From Candidatus Marinacidobacterales bacterium (GTDB lineage: Bacteria; Acidobacteriota; Vicinamibacteria; Marinacidobacterales; SMYC01), in assembly GCA_965224085.1 (NCBI GenBank), contig CBDCYI010000005.1, positions 704,001 to 768,000 of the forward strand: a stretch of 64,000 nt of DNA. Reading direction: 5' to 3'. The position numbers and the translations under genes are program-made. Of the stretch, positions 9,035 through 18,703 are shown one piece after another. Each line of letters opens with the position of its first letter. Position 1 is the first letter of the stretch. A model generated the notes under the pieces. The model was not told the origin of the DNA and did no database searches. It saw only the letters and a list, made by a program, of their open reading frames with translations.

Positions 9035-10075
9035 CTATGATGGAGTACCTACTCCCAGACAGCAACGGTGGAACTCCCCCAAGTTGACTGGCTCAACCGG
9101 ATCAGCCAGGCTCAAGTCCGAGCGAAATCGCAGTTGTGACACCCCTGGGGGACAGTCCCCCGACGGACGCGGAATGTCCGCTACCTGGTAGAACGCGAGC
9201 GACTCGACGGCAACGTTCCAATCACCGGAAAATGTTCGACCCGCGCCAAGATCCTGACCGAGGGACTGGGCGCAAACCCGTTCAACCTTTAGGCGGGCCT
9301 CTGCGCTTGGAGCTGCATCGACCACTCTGTCCCATAGGTATCCAAGGGATTTTCCATTCGTCTGTTCCTCGACATGTACCGAGGCAATGAGAACGGATGC
9401 CCTGCTGGGCGGATACACTTGTTCGAAACTGAACATGTGCTCACGTGACCGCATGGACGACGACTTGACCTCAAGTCGCTCGCTTCCTAGACTGAAGTCG
9501 AAGTGCTCCATTGACTGGCTGTGCCACGCGCCGATCATTGCACCAAACATTGACTGGCTGTGCCACGCGCCGATCATTGTAGCCGGATCGCTCGTGGAAA
9601 GGATAACGAAAAGCTCTGCCCACAGCCCATGAATAGTCCGTTCCCGTGGTTTTCCAACAAGCCTGAAAAGCACAACTAGTCGATCAACAAGGTCAACCAA
9701 ATCCTTCGCTTTTACGTGCCCGTCCAATCCCACCAACACACCGCCAATTGTGCGCAGAAAGCACGCCTGCACGGCCGAATCGCTACTAAGACACTGGATA
9801 ATCGAGTACCTTGCGATCTCTACGCCACCGCCTTGTCGAGAAACACTGCAGCGCACGTTGTGCTCCACTCGCAAGTTTGCCAAATCTACCCCCAGCGGTT
9901 TGTCGCGCCCCACCGGCGCATCCACGGCAACAAGTACGGCGGGCAGCCCGCTCTCGCTTTTCGCAATTCGCCATTGATCTCGACCTGGAACCGGTCGCGC
10001 GTCGAACGTGTCCTCACAAGCTGAATCGGCCTGCGGCGCGTTTAGCTGCTCGAAGATCGCTGGCAAGTCCTCCAT
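9035..10075 (-). CDS. PD-(D/E)XK nuclease-motif protein (DUF4420-like)
   Basis: GLWAEL, W...HFDF...LEVKSS...H.FSFEQ motifs; lies directly downstream of a Z1 gene. Confidence 0.8.
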   Translation of the reverse strand: MEDLPAIFEQLNAPQADSACEDTFDARPVPGRDQWRIAKSESGLPAVLVAVDAPVGRDKPLGVDLANLRVEHNVRCSVSRQGGGVEIARYSIIQCLSSDSAVQACFLRTIGGVLVGLDGHVKAKDLVDLVDRLVVLFRLVGKPRERTIHGLWAELFVILSTSDPATMIGAWHSQSMFGAMIGAWHSQSMEHFDFSLGSERLEVKSSSMRSREHMFSFEQVYPPSRASVLIASVHVEEQTNGKSLGYLWDRVVDAAPSAEARLKVERVCAQSLGQDLGAGRTFSGDWNVAVESLAFYQVADIPRPSGDCPPGVSQLRFRSDLSLADPVEPVNLGEFHRCCLGVGTPS

Positions 10076-10090
10076 GGCATAGAACTCCGG

Positions 10091-11074
10091 TCAGTCCGTG
10101 TCTTGCGGCTGCACAATTAAATCCTGCCGCACTTGCGGCGCCATCCATATAGTTGCGAACTTCACCTCCTCGGCGACGATTGGGCTGCCTGCCTCGCGGC
10201 CCGCGCGAAGCGTGACCGTGTGAAGTTGCACTGTCACCGCTGCGTCTCGCAACTCGCGATCTCCGGGATACACATCCCGTGTATCCACAGGGTAGGCCCC
10301 CTGAAACAAGTTCACGATCCGACCGTCCCGCACTAGCCGCCGCGTCGCTGCGCCCGGACGCATTCGGTATACCGTACAGCACGCCCCATCTTGGTTCTCC
10401 GCAACATAGCGGTCAATCAGAATAAGCGCCAACGTCCAAGTCTCGCCATCCTCTACGTTAACCTTGAGATGGGTAAGGAGTTCGTCGTATACCACACTGA
10501 GCGGAACTCCGCGCGCGACCAAATGCCTCTGGTGGTCCTGCCGATCAGCGTGGCCCTCGTCGGGCACAAACCTGGCTTCATGGCGTTTCACAAAGGCCTC
10601 GACAATACCTCGGTTCGCTGCGACATCCGCGTCATGCGGCTCACGTGGCATGCACCAGCCAGAGCCAAAAGTTGTTCGCATATAGTCGATATCAATAACG
10701 GACTGCCGTGTTGGTCGGAACGCTTGGTCGAGCAAGAACACGCGCCTGAATTCCGACAGTGGCCGTCTGCTGCCGATGTGGGCTATCAACCGCGCGCGCA
10801 TGTCCTCCTCGTGACGCACATAGCTCCTGTATAGGTGCACAACGCCCGGTTCAAGAAAAACCCGGCAATACCCCAGATACGGTCGCTTGTATCCCAAGAA
10901 TCTCGCGCGCTGCTGGATCGTGTCCGCGTTTCCCACGCCCGGGCCGCGCGGCATGTACGTCACTGTCAGTCCTTCAATGGTAAAACCGCGGTCGAGAACT
11001 TGCCCACCGACCAAGATCCATGAGTAGTTTCGCCTCCAGTGAATGTTGCGGTCCGCGTCCGCAAGCGAGTTCAC
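10091..11074 (-). pseudogene. Z1-domain protein, C-terminal part only (5' truncated)
   Basis: ILVGGQVLDRGFTIEGLTVTYMPR...ADTIQQRARFLGY is the Z1 signature; N-terminal part absent. Confidence 0.85.
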
Positions 11075-11091
11075 CAGCCCGAAACGTCGGT

Positions 11092-11487
11092 TTGGACGGT
11101 TTGGACTTCGCCAGCTTACGGCGGGTCTGGGAGCAAACCTTTGGGGCTACTCCTCCAAGCTCGCTCTCGTGCGTTTTCCTGCGCCGTGTTCTGGCGTACG
11201 AACGCCAGTGCCGGACCCATGGCGGGCTTTCGGCCGCAACCCGGCGCGCTCTGGCTGCCATGGCGAACGAGACACCAAGCCCCGGCGCTCCCGCAGAATC
11301 CGTTTCTGCCGGCACCCATCTCGTCCGCGAGTGGAATGGCCGTACCTACCAGGTCGAGGTAATCGACAACGGCTATCGGTTCGATGGCAAAACCTATCCG
11401 TCCCTCACGGCCATCACAAAGCAAATCACCGGCACCCACTGGTCAGGACCACGCTTTTTCGGTCTGACGCCCAAGCGCAAGGCCTAA
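11092..11487 (+). CDS. DUF2924 domain protein (native start possibly lost)
   Basis: LAYERQ...GGLS, GTHLVREWNG and YPSLTAITKQITGTHWSGPRFFGL motifs; stop 1 nt before the recombinase ATG. Confidence 0.85.
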   Translation: MDGLDFASLRRVWEQTFGATPPSSLSCVFLRRVLAYERQCRTHGGLSAATRRALAAMANETPSPGAPAESVSAGTHLVREWNGRTYQVEVIDNGYRFDGKTYPSLTAITKQITGTHWSGPRFFGLTPKRKA

Positions 11488-11488
11488 C

Positions 11489-13150
11489 ATGAAGAAAATC
11501 CGCTGTGCCATCTATACGCGAAAGAGCGCGGAAGAAGGTCTCGAGCAGGAGTTCAACTCCCTCGATGCGCAGCGAGAAGCCTGCGCCGCGTATGTCGCGA
11601 GCCAGAAAGCAGAGGGCTGGGTGCTGCTGCCAACCGTCTACGAGGACGCGGGGCTCTCGGGAGGAACCCTGGAGCGCCCAGGCCTGCAGCGCTTGCTCGC
11701 CGACATCGACGCAGGTCTCGTCGAGCAGATCGTGGTCTACAAGGTCGACCGGCTGACCCGTTCCCTCTCCAACTTTGCGAAGCTCGTCGAGCGGCTCGAG
11801 GTGGCCGGCGCGGTTTTCGTCTCGGTGACTCAGTCCTTCAACACCGCGACCAGCATGGGACGACTGACGCTGCATATGCTGCTGTCCTTCGCACAATTCG
11901 AACGCGAGGTCACGGCCGAGCGGATCCGCGATAAGGTCGCTGCCTCCAAGCGCAAGGGACTATGGATGGGCGGCCGCGTACCGCTCGGCTATGAGAAGGA
12001 CGAGCGCACGCTGCGCATCAACGAGGCTGAGGCCGAAACGGTCCGGACGCTCTATGCGCTGTACCGGAAGCACGGAACGCTCCGGCAGGTGAAGGCCGAC
12101 GCGGACCGTCTGAGACTGCGTACCAAGCAACGCTTCGCCGCTGATGGAACCCGGACAGGCGGGCTGCCGTTCCGTCGCGGACACCTCCACTGCCTGCTGA
12201 CCAATCCTCTCTACGCCGGCCGCATCCGGCACCAGAGGCGTGTCTACGAGGGCCAGCATCCATCGATCATTGCTCCGGAGCTCTGGGACGCGGTCCAAAC
12301 GCAGCTGCAGGCAGGGGCTGCCAAACCAAGGAGACGCACGACGAAGGGCCGCGTAGCCCGTTCCCCACTGGCAGGCAAGCTCTTCGACGAGACCGGGGAC
12401 CGGCTGACGCCGAGCCACACCAAAAAGAAAAACGGGCAACGGCTCCGCTACTACGTCTCCCGGCGCCTCATCCAGCACAGTGGCCAAAAGGACCTCTCCG
12501 GCTGGCGCCTGCCCGCCCCGATGCTGGAACAAACCGTCGTGCATCTCATCCGACAGCATGTGGATGCCACGACCTTCCCGGCCTCGCTGATCCACACTCC
12601 GACGATGCAAGAGCTCGCCTCGGTGCGTCGCTTTTTAGACGGGCTGTGTTCCGGTAGTAATGATGATAGTGCCTCGGCAGCCCCCCTGCTCCGTCTTATC
12701 CGGCGGGTCGACATCAGCCCCGGCTCTGTGTCCATCCTGCTCGACCGCAATACGTTCGCTGCTTGCCTCTCTATGGGACCTGACCGCATTTGCGAGGATG
12801 CACTCCGCATCCACGCACCGTTCCGCTTGCGCCGACGCGGCGTCGAGACCAAGCTCGTTCTGGGCAACCCCACGAAATCCGTCGACCGCACACTCCTGCG
12901 CAATATCAGAAACGCCCTCTCCTGGCTCGACCGAATCAAAGCAGGCAAAACCTATGAGCAGATTGCCACCGAAGACGCCATCCCAACGGACCGCGTGCGC
13001 AAGGCAATCCGCTATGCCTTCCTGGCTCCCGACATCGTCCGCGCCATTGTCGAAGGCCGCCAGCCCGTTGGGCTGACCTCGAGCTACCTCTTGCATCATC
13101 CGCTTCCCGACGATTGGGAGAAACAGCGAGTGCTCGTCGCAACGCTGTGA
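11489..13150 (+). CDS. large serine recombinase (resolvase + recombinase domains)
   Basis: CAIYTRKS catalytic Ser, FNSLDAQRE, VYKVDRLTRS, FAQFERE and NPLYAG motifs. Confidence 0.95.
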   Translation: MKKIRCAIYTRKSAEEGLEQEFNSLDAQREACAAYVASQKAEGWVLLPTVYEDAGLSGGTLERPGLQRLLADIDAGLVEQIVVYKVDRLTRSLSNFAKLVERLEVAGAVFVSVTQSFNTATSMGRLTLHMLLSFAQFEREVTAERIRDKVAASKRKGLWMGGRVPLGYEKDERTLRINEAEAETVRTLYALYRKHGTLRQVKADADRLRLRTKQRFAADGTRTGGLPFRRGHLHCLLTNPLYAGRIRHQRRVYEGQHPSIIAPELWDAVQTQLQAGAAKPRRRTTKGRVARSPLAGKLFDETGDRLTPSHTKKKNGQRLRYYVSRRLIQHSGQKDLSGWRLPAPMLEQTVVHLIRQHVDATTFPASLIHTPTMQELASVRRFLDGLCSGSNDDSASAAPLLRLIRRVDISPGSVSILLDRNTFAACLSMGPDRICEDALRIHAPFRLRRRGVETKLVLGNPTKSVDRTLLRNIRNALSWLDRIKAGKTYEQIATEDAIPTDRVRKAIRYAFLAPDIVRAIVEGRQPVGLTSSYLLHHPLPDDWEKQRVLVATL

Positions 13151-13199
13151 GCCTGCCAGCTGCATCTGCCAGCGCCCACTCCGTGAATGGGCTCGGTTA

Positions 13200-13975
13200 G
13201 CAGCAAGCTGCTCTCCGAGGGGACGTACTTGTCGGGCGTGAATAGCCGCGGGATCCGCAAAGCGCTGAAACCACTGCTCGGTGAGGAGCACCTATCGAAG
13301 ACCGCGGTGTCTCGCGTGGTTAGCCGGCTGAAGGAGCGCTTCGAGGAATGGCAGAACCGTACTCTCAGCGAGGAGGTCTACGCGATCGTTTACCTGGACG
13401 GCTTCCACCTGAAAGTGCGGATGGCGAAACGTGTGATCAGCGTACCCGTACTGGCCGCGCTCGGGGTCGCGCCAGACGGGCAGAAACGTCTGTTGTCATT
13501 GCGTCTGGCGGTGAGCGAAGCCTCGACGCATTGGGGCTCCGTGCTGGAGGGACTCCAGGCTCGAGGACTCCGGGCTCCCAAGCTAGTGATCAGCGACGGC
13601 CACAAGGGGCTGATGAAAGCGCTGGAGAAGTGGCCGGGGTGCCGGTTGCAGCGATGTACCGAGCACAAGCGCGCCAACTTGCTCGAACATTGCCCGGCGC
13701 ACGCACGCCGTGAGTTCCGGCGTGACTACAACCGGGTCGTCTACGCCAAGAACGGGATCGCTGCTCGCAAAGCTATGACGAGCTCGTCGCCAAGTGGACG
13801 CCTCTCGCGCCGGCCGTCGTCCGAAGCCTAGAGGAGGCCGGTAATCAGCTGCTGACCTTCTACGAATTCCCTCGTGCCATGTGGAAATCGATTCGAACGA
13901 CCAATGCTCTGGAGAATCTCAACCGCGAGTTTCGACGCCGGACGAAAACCCAAGCGTCGTTCTCCAGCGAGGAGA
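13200..13975 (+). pseudogene. IS256-family transposase (IS256c) fragment, frameshifted about 13778
   Basis: VYLDG, ISDGHKGL, QRCTEH and IRTTNALENLNREFRRRT motifs. Confidence 0.85.
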
Positions 13976-14145
13976 GCAGCAAGGTCACGCCCTTGGCGGC
14001 CAGGATGCGCAGGATGGCGTTGACGATGGTCGTCTTGCCCACACCCGGCCCGCCGGTGATGACCAATGCCTTGGAGGTCAGGGCCAGGCGAACCGCATCG
14101 GCCTGGCTTGCCGCCAGCGACAGGCCCGTCTTCCCCTCGACGGTA
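13973..14145 (-). pseudogene. RecD2-like helicase fragment
   Basis: LAASQADAVRLAL...VITGGPGVGKTT (Q motif and Walker A). Confidence 0.8.
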
Positions 14146-14249
14146 TTGTCAAGTTGAGGTCTCAAGCTCGAAGCGGGCCGCTAGATGATGGGGCTTGAGC
14201 GCATGGCGTTGCCAATATCTTGGGGTCGGATCGGCCCTGAATGCCTCAA

Positions 14250-14790
14250 GTGAACAAACCGCCTAGAAGGCGGTGGCTTCAAGGGCTGTCAATTGGAAAT
14301 TGACTGTCGTCGTGAAGAGGCTCGCCATCCTGGGAGTCTAACTCCTACCATCTCGTCCGTTATGCTTCCTGAACTCACCGCCAGATATCCTCGGGCCCAG
14401 AAGTGCCGGCCCCAAAACTTCTTCCTCAGGTGAGCAAACTCCTGAAGGAGTACTCGGGAGCTTATTCCTTTTAGCCACTGCACGATCGTACTCAAGGTCC
14501 TGGTGTGGTCGGTAGGATACGAACACGTGGACGTGGTCGCGTGCAACCTTACCCGAGATTATGTGCAGCTCATGTTCCATCGCGATCTGACGAATCAGAT
14601 CGCGCACACGAACCGCTACTGGACCGATCAAAACCTTTTTACGATATTTCGGTATCCAAACGATGTGCGCTTTTAGGTCCGTTTTCGTGTGCGCTCCGTG
14701 CCTGTAGTGACGCACGCGACCACAATACCACGATCTTCTCTTCGCCTAAAGGCGAGGGGTTTCGACCATCCCCGGAAGAGACACTAATAA
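14250..14790 (-). mobile_element. tnpA: IS200/IS605-family element, tnpA pseudogene (about 14279-14715), no tnpB
   Basis: HIVWIPKYR, DHVH (HUH), LKGISSR and FWARGY motifs with frameshifts. Subterminal hairpins at 14259-14275 and 14738-14759. Confidence 0.9.
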
Positions 14791-14814
14791 GAAACTCAGG
14801 GTGTAGCGTTTGGG

Positions 14815-15901
14815 TGCCTTGGTGCACAACTCGCGATCTCGGTCCACAATTGTCCTGTACTCGCGGATACGAGGTTCCCCATGAGCATTTTCAAACGCAC
14901 TCAGCGGAAGTATGTGAAGAAGGCCTATCGCGTGAGGAATTGGCGTGAATATGAGGCGGGTCTACGCAACCGTGGGAGCCTGACCGTCTGGATCTCGCTC
15001 ACCGCCGGCAAGCTTGTGAACTGGGACGCGCCCCGGCCAAGGAGGAGGAAACCGGGCCGTCAACGCAAGTACTCGAACCACGCCATCGAGACGGCTGTCA
15101 CCCTGGGCATGGTGTTTCATCTGTCGTCTAGGCAGAGCGAGGGATTGCTGCGATCGTTGTTCGCTCTGATGAAGCTAGACAATGATGTGCCCGATCACAC
15201 CACGATCTCGAGGCGCAAGGCGAAGCTGGGTAAGGTCCCCTTCTACCAAGACAAGCAGAAGACGCCGTTGCACATCTTGATCGACAGCAGCGGTCTCGCT
15301 GTCCACGCCGGCCAGCTGCGCAGAGCACCAAATAGCAGGGACTATCGCAAGCTCCATCTGTGTGTCGACGAGCAGACTGGCGAAGTCGTCGCCTGCGAGC
15401 TGACGAGCAAAAGAGCCCGCGATTCATCGCGGGTAGCATCGCTTGTCGGACAGATCGACAGTCCCATCTCATCGGCCAGAGCTGACACCGCATACGACGC
15501 CAGCGGCGTCTATGAGGCCATCGAGAATCACAGCGCTCATCGCTCGCCGAGGGTGCTGATACCGCCGCGCAAGGGCGCCCTGCTCGCATCGGGGCCGGCG
15601 AGCAGCCGACAGCGCAATCGCAACATTGCAGCACAAGCTCGGCTCGGCAAACGAAAGTGGCACACAGAATCGGGCTACAGCAAACGGAGCAAAGTCGAGA
15701 CAACGTTCCATCGCTACAAGGCTATCGTGGGCTCAGCGATGCGAGCGAGAGGGTTGGCGGCACAGAGAGTCGAGGTAAGGATCGGGTGCAAGATTCTCAA
15801 CACCATGACGGCGCTCGGGATGCCTGATAGCGAGATGATCGGATGATGGGAGTCGGGGCCAAGCGAGCTCTCGGCCTCTATCGGAGTTGTGCACCAAGGC
15901 A
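14815..15901 (+). mobile_element. IS5-family (IS903-group-like) element, 1087 bp
   Basis: 18-bp TIR tgccttggtgcacaactc/gagttgtgcaccaaggca; second copy at 61471-62557. Confidence 0.95.
14881..15846 (+). CDS. IS5-family transposase
   Basis: [43 protein letters not shown] and YSKRSKVET motifs. Confidence 0.95.
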   Translation: MSIFKRTQRKYVKKAYRVRNWREYEAGLRNRGSLTVWISLTAGKLVNWDAPRPRRRKPGRQRKYSNHAIETAVTLGMVFHLSSRQSEGLLRSLFALMKLDNDVPDHTTISRRKAKLGKVPFYQDKQKTPLHILIDSSGLAVHAGQLRRAPNSRDYRKLHLCVDEQTGEVVACELTSKRARDSSRVASLVGQIDSPISSARADTAYDASGVYEAIENHSAHRSPRVLIPPRKGALLASGPASSRQRNRNIAAQARLGKRKWHTESGYSKRSKVETTFHRYKAIVGSAMRARGLAAQRVEVRIGCKILNTMTALGMPDSEMIG

Positions 15902-16070
15902 GCGAGTTGCTGCAAACGAGCTCGGCAAATCCATCGGTGCGATGGACCGGCGTCAGTTTGTGAGGCCGCATCTCGAAAAGACGCACCGAAACGCCCCGAA
16001 GCGCGGTTTGCCAAGCCGCTTCCGCCCCCTCAAGGCCAGCACCAACGACCGTAACGAACGGAATCTCCAC
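15902..16070 (-). pseudogene. trmFO: TrmFO (Gid) N-terminal fragment truncated by IS5
   Basis: [14 protein letters not shown]...LFEMRP...AELVCSNSL; follows topA. Confidence 0.9.
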
Positions 16071-16126
16071 AAACGCTATTAAAGCGCAAATCGATCAAGA
16101 AAGCAGTCCTGAATGCTGAATGCTAA

Positions 16127-18601
16127 TCAAGCCCTTGCTGGCTCGGGCTCTGGCTCGGGCTCTGGCTCGGGCTCTGTGCTCTTCTTGTACTTGCAGCCTT
16201 CCTGGGTGCACGCGAGATGTGGACCGTCACGCTTGGTTTTCTTCTCGAAGATGACGGGAAAGCCGCATTCGGGGCAAGGCTCCTTAACCGGCATGTACCA
16301 GCTCGTAAAGTCGCAATTTGGGTACTCGCTGCAACCGTAGAAAAGCTTCCCACGGCGCGAGCGGCGCTCGACGACTTGTCCTGGGCAATTCTCCTTCGGG
16401 CAGGCGACGCCGACTTCCTTTTGTTTGATGAACTTGCAGTCGGGATACGCGCTACAGGCGGTGAACTCGCCATAGCGTCCGTGTTTGATGACGAGTGAGT
16501 TCTCGCATTTCGGGCATTTGTCGTCGAGAAGCTGATCTTTCTTTGTCTCGAGCGATCCATCGGCGCCTCTCAAGATGCGCCGCGTATTCTTGCAGTCGGG
16601 ATATCCCGAGCAGGCGAGAAACTGACCGTAACGGCCTTTCTTCAGCACCATCGCGCGTCCGCATTTCTCACACTCTTCGTCCTGGAATGCGTCCGGATCG
16701 GCGGAGTCTTTGTCCTGATAGTTCTGGATCTCACGCGTGTTGCGGCAGTCGGGATAACCAGAGCAGGCGAGGAAGTGGCCGAATCTTCCCCACTTGATCA
16801 CCATCTGCTTCCCGCATTTGTCGCAGATTTCCTCCGTCTCGAGCTCCATGGCTTTGATGTTAGTCATGTTCTCTTTGGCGTCTTCGAGATCCTTCTTGAA
16901 TTTCTCGTAGAAGTCGTCAATCGTCGTGAGATAGTTGGCGCTCCCTTCCTCGATCTTGTCGAGGAGCTCCTCCATCTGTGCCGTGTACTCGATCGCCATG
17001 ATGTCGGCGAAGCTTCCCAGCAGGAGGTCGGTGACGAGAAAGCCGAGCTCGGTCGGCACGAACTTCTTCTCGACTTTGTTGACGTATTCGCGATCGATCA
17101 GAACGGAGAGGATGCTCGCATAGGTGCTCGGACGTCCAATGCCTTTTTCCTCGAGCTCTTTGACGAGCGATGCTTCGGTGAAGCGCGGCGGCGGCTGAGT
17201 GAAATGTTGCTCGGGCTTGACCACGAGTAGTTTGAGCACCTCACCTTCCGTGAGCGCTGGAAGCTGTTTGGGCCCATCCGCTTTGGAGGATCCCTCGGCC
17301 TCTTTCTGGGACTCGGACCGGACCTCGTCCTCGTCCTTGCCTTCCTCGTAGATCTTCAGAAAGCCCCTGAACTTGAGAACGGAGCCACGCGCTCGGAGGC
17401 TGTATCGGCCGGCCTCGATCTCGACGATCGTTTCGTCGAACATCGCTGGCCTGACTTGCGAGGCAACGAACCGGTTCCAGATGAGCCGATATAGCTTGAG
17501 CTCGTCGCGACCGAGATAAGCGGCGATGGATTCCGGGTCCCGCATCACGGAGGTGGGACGGATGGCTTCGTGTGCGTCCTGGGCGCCCTTCTTGCTCTTG
17601 TACACGTTTGGCTTTGCGGGAAGCATCTCCTCGCCATAGCGCTCGCCGATATATTCGCGGACTTCCGCGATGGCTTCGTCCGCAATGCGCGTCGAATCGG
17701 TTCTCATGTAAGTAATGAGGCCGACGGTTTCTTTGCTGAGCTCGATGCCCTCGTAGAGTCTTTGGGCGACCATCATCGTGCGCTTCGCGGTGAAGCCGAG
17801 CTTGCGGGCCCCCTCCTGCTGCAACTTGCTCGTGATGAAAGGCGGGACGGGGTTGCGCCGTCGCTCTTTCGCGGTGATCTTCTTCACCGTGAAATCGTTT
17901 TTCGAGAGCTCGTCGACGACGGATTGGGTCGAGCTCTCGTCTTTGAGCTCGATGGTCTTCCCGTCCATCTTGTTGAGCTTGGCGACGAACGGTGGCGGGT
18001 TCCCGCCCTCGAGATCGGTGTGAATGGACCAGTATTCTTCGGACTCAAAGGCCTGAATCTCGCGCTCGCGCTCGCACACAATGCGAAGCGCGACGGATTG
18101 CACGCGCCCCGCGGAGAGGCCGCGCCGGACCTTCTCCCACAAGAGAGGGGAGATTTGATAGCCCACGAGGCGGTCGAGCACCCGCCGGGCTTGCTGCGCG
18201 TCGACTTTGTACTGGTCGATCTCGAGCGGGTCCTTAATGGCTTCTTGGATCGCCTTTTTCGTGATCTCGTTGAAGAGGATGCGGTGGATTTTGCTGTCTT
18301 TGCCTCCGAGCTCTTCGGCCAGGTGGAAGCTGATGGCTTCGCCTTCGCGGTCGGGATCTGGAGCGAGGTAGATCACTTCGGCCCTACGCGCCTCGCTCTT
18401 GAGCTCCGAGAGGACCTTCTTCTTTTTGGGAATGACGACGTAGTCCGGTACGAAGCCGTGCTCGACGTCGACACCGAGCTTGCTTTTCGGCAAGTCGCGC
18501 ACATGTCCCATGGAAGCGCGGACGATGAAATTCCGCCCTAGAAACTTGTTGATGGTCTTCGCCTTGGCGGGCGATTCCACAATCACGAGTGATTTCGCCA
18601 T
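16127..18601 (-). CDS. topA: DNA topoisomerase I
   Basis: LVIVESPAKAKTI, DPDREGE, SAGRVQS and ITYMRTDS motifs; C-terminal Zn ribbons; EP-repeat tail. Confidence 0.97.
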   Translation of the reverse strand: MAKSLVIVESPAKAKTINKFLGRNFIVRASMGHVRDLPKSKLGVDVEHGFVPDYVVIPKKKKVLSELKSEARRAEVIYLAPDPDREGEAISFHLAEELGGKDSKIHRILFNEITKKAIQEAIKDPLEIDQYKVDAQQARRVLDRLVGYQISPLLWEKVRRGLSAGRVQSVALRIVCEREREIQAFESEEYWSIHTDLEGGNPPPFVAKLNKMDGKTIELKDESSTQSVVDELSKNDFTVKKITAKERRRNPVPPFITSKLQQEGARKLGFTAKRTMMVAQRLYEGIELSKETVGLITYMRTDSTRIADEAIAEVREYIGERYGEEMLPAKPNVYKSKKGAQDAHEAIRPTSVMRDPESIAAYLGRDELKLYRLIWNRFVASQVRPAMFDETIVEIEAGRYSLRARGSVLKFRGFLKIYEEGKDEDEVRSESQKEAEGSSKADGPKQLPALTEGEVLKLLVVKPEQHFTQPPPRFTEASLVKELEEKGIGRPSTYASILSVLIDREYVNKVEKKFVPTELGFLVTDLLLGSFADIMAIEYTAQMEELLDKIEEGSANYLTTIDDFYEKFKKDLEDAKENMTNIKAMELETEEICDKCGKQMVIKWGRFGHFLACSGYPDCRNTREIQNYQDKDSADPDAFQDEECEKCGRAMVLKKGRYGQFLACSGYPDCKNTRRILRGADGSLETKKDQLLDDKCPKCENSLVIKHGRYGEFTACSAYPDCKFIKQKEVGVACPKENCPGQVVERRSRRGKLFYGCSEYPNCDFTSWYMPVKEPCPECGFPVIFEKKTKRDGPHLACTQEGCKYKKSTEPEPEPEPEPEPARA

Positions 18602-18703
18602 GGGAATAGTGTAGCTAAAGACGGGAGATCTGCAAACTCGTGCCAGTTTCGGTGCCCGCGGCTCGCTCATGTGTCAGGCAAGGGGATGTGCGGGCAACGA
18701 GCG

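Noticed and set aside
9539-9546. tgcaccaa at the DUF4420 duplication as an IS5 footprint
   Set aside because: Only an 8-bp match to an internal part of the TIR; chance is likely.
14150-14290. tnpB/omegaRNA beside IS200 tnpA
   Set aside because: No TnpB/IscB ORF; the end hairpin follows tnpA directly.
16136-16176. 12-bp repeat at the topA 3' end
   Set aside because: Low-complexity EP tail; ordinary.
18631-18645. sigma54-like box upstream of topA (minus strand TGGCACGAGTTTGCA)
   Set aside because: Spacing is GG-N9-GC; sigma54 requires N10. Valid only if a base is missing in the assembly.
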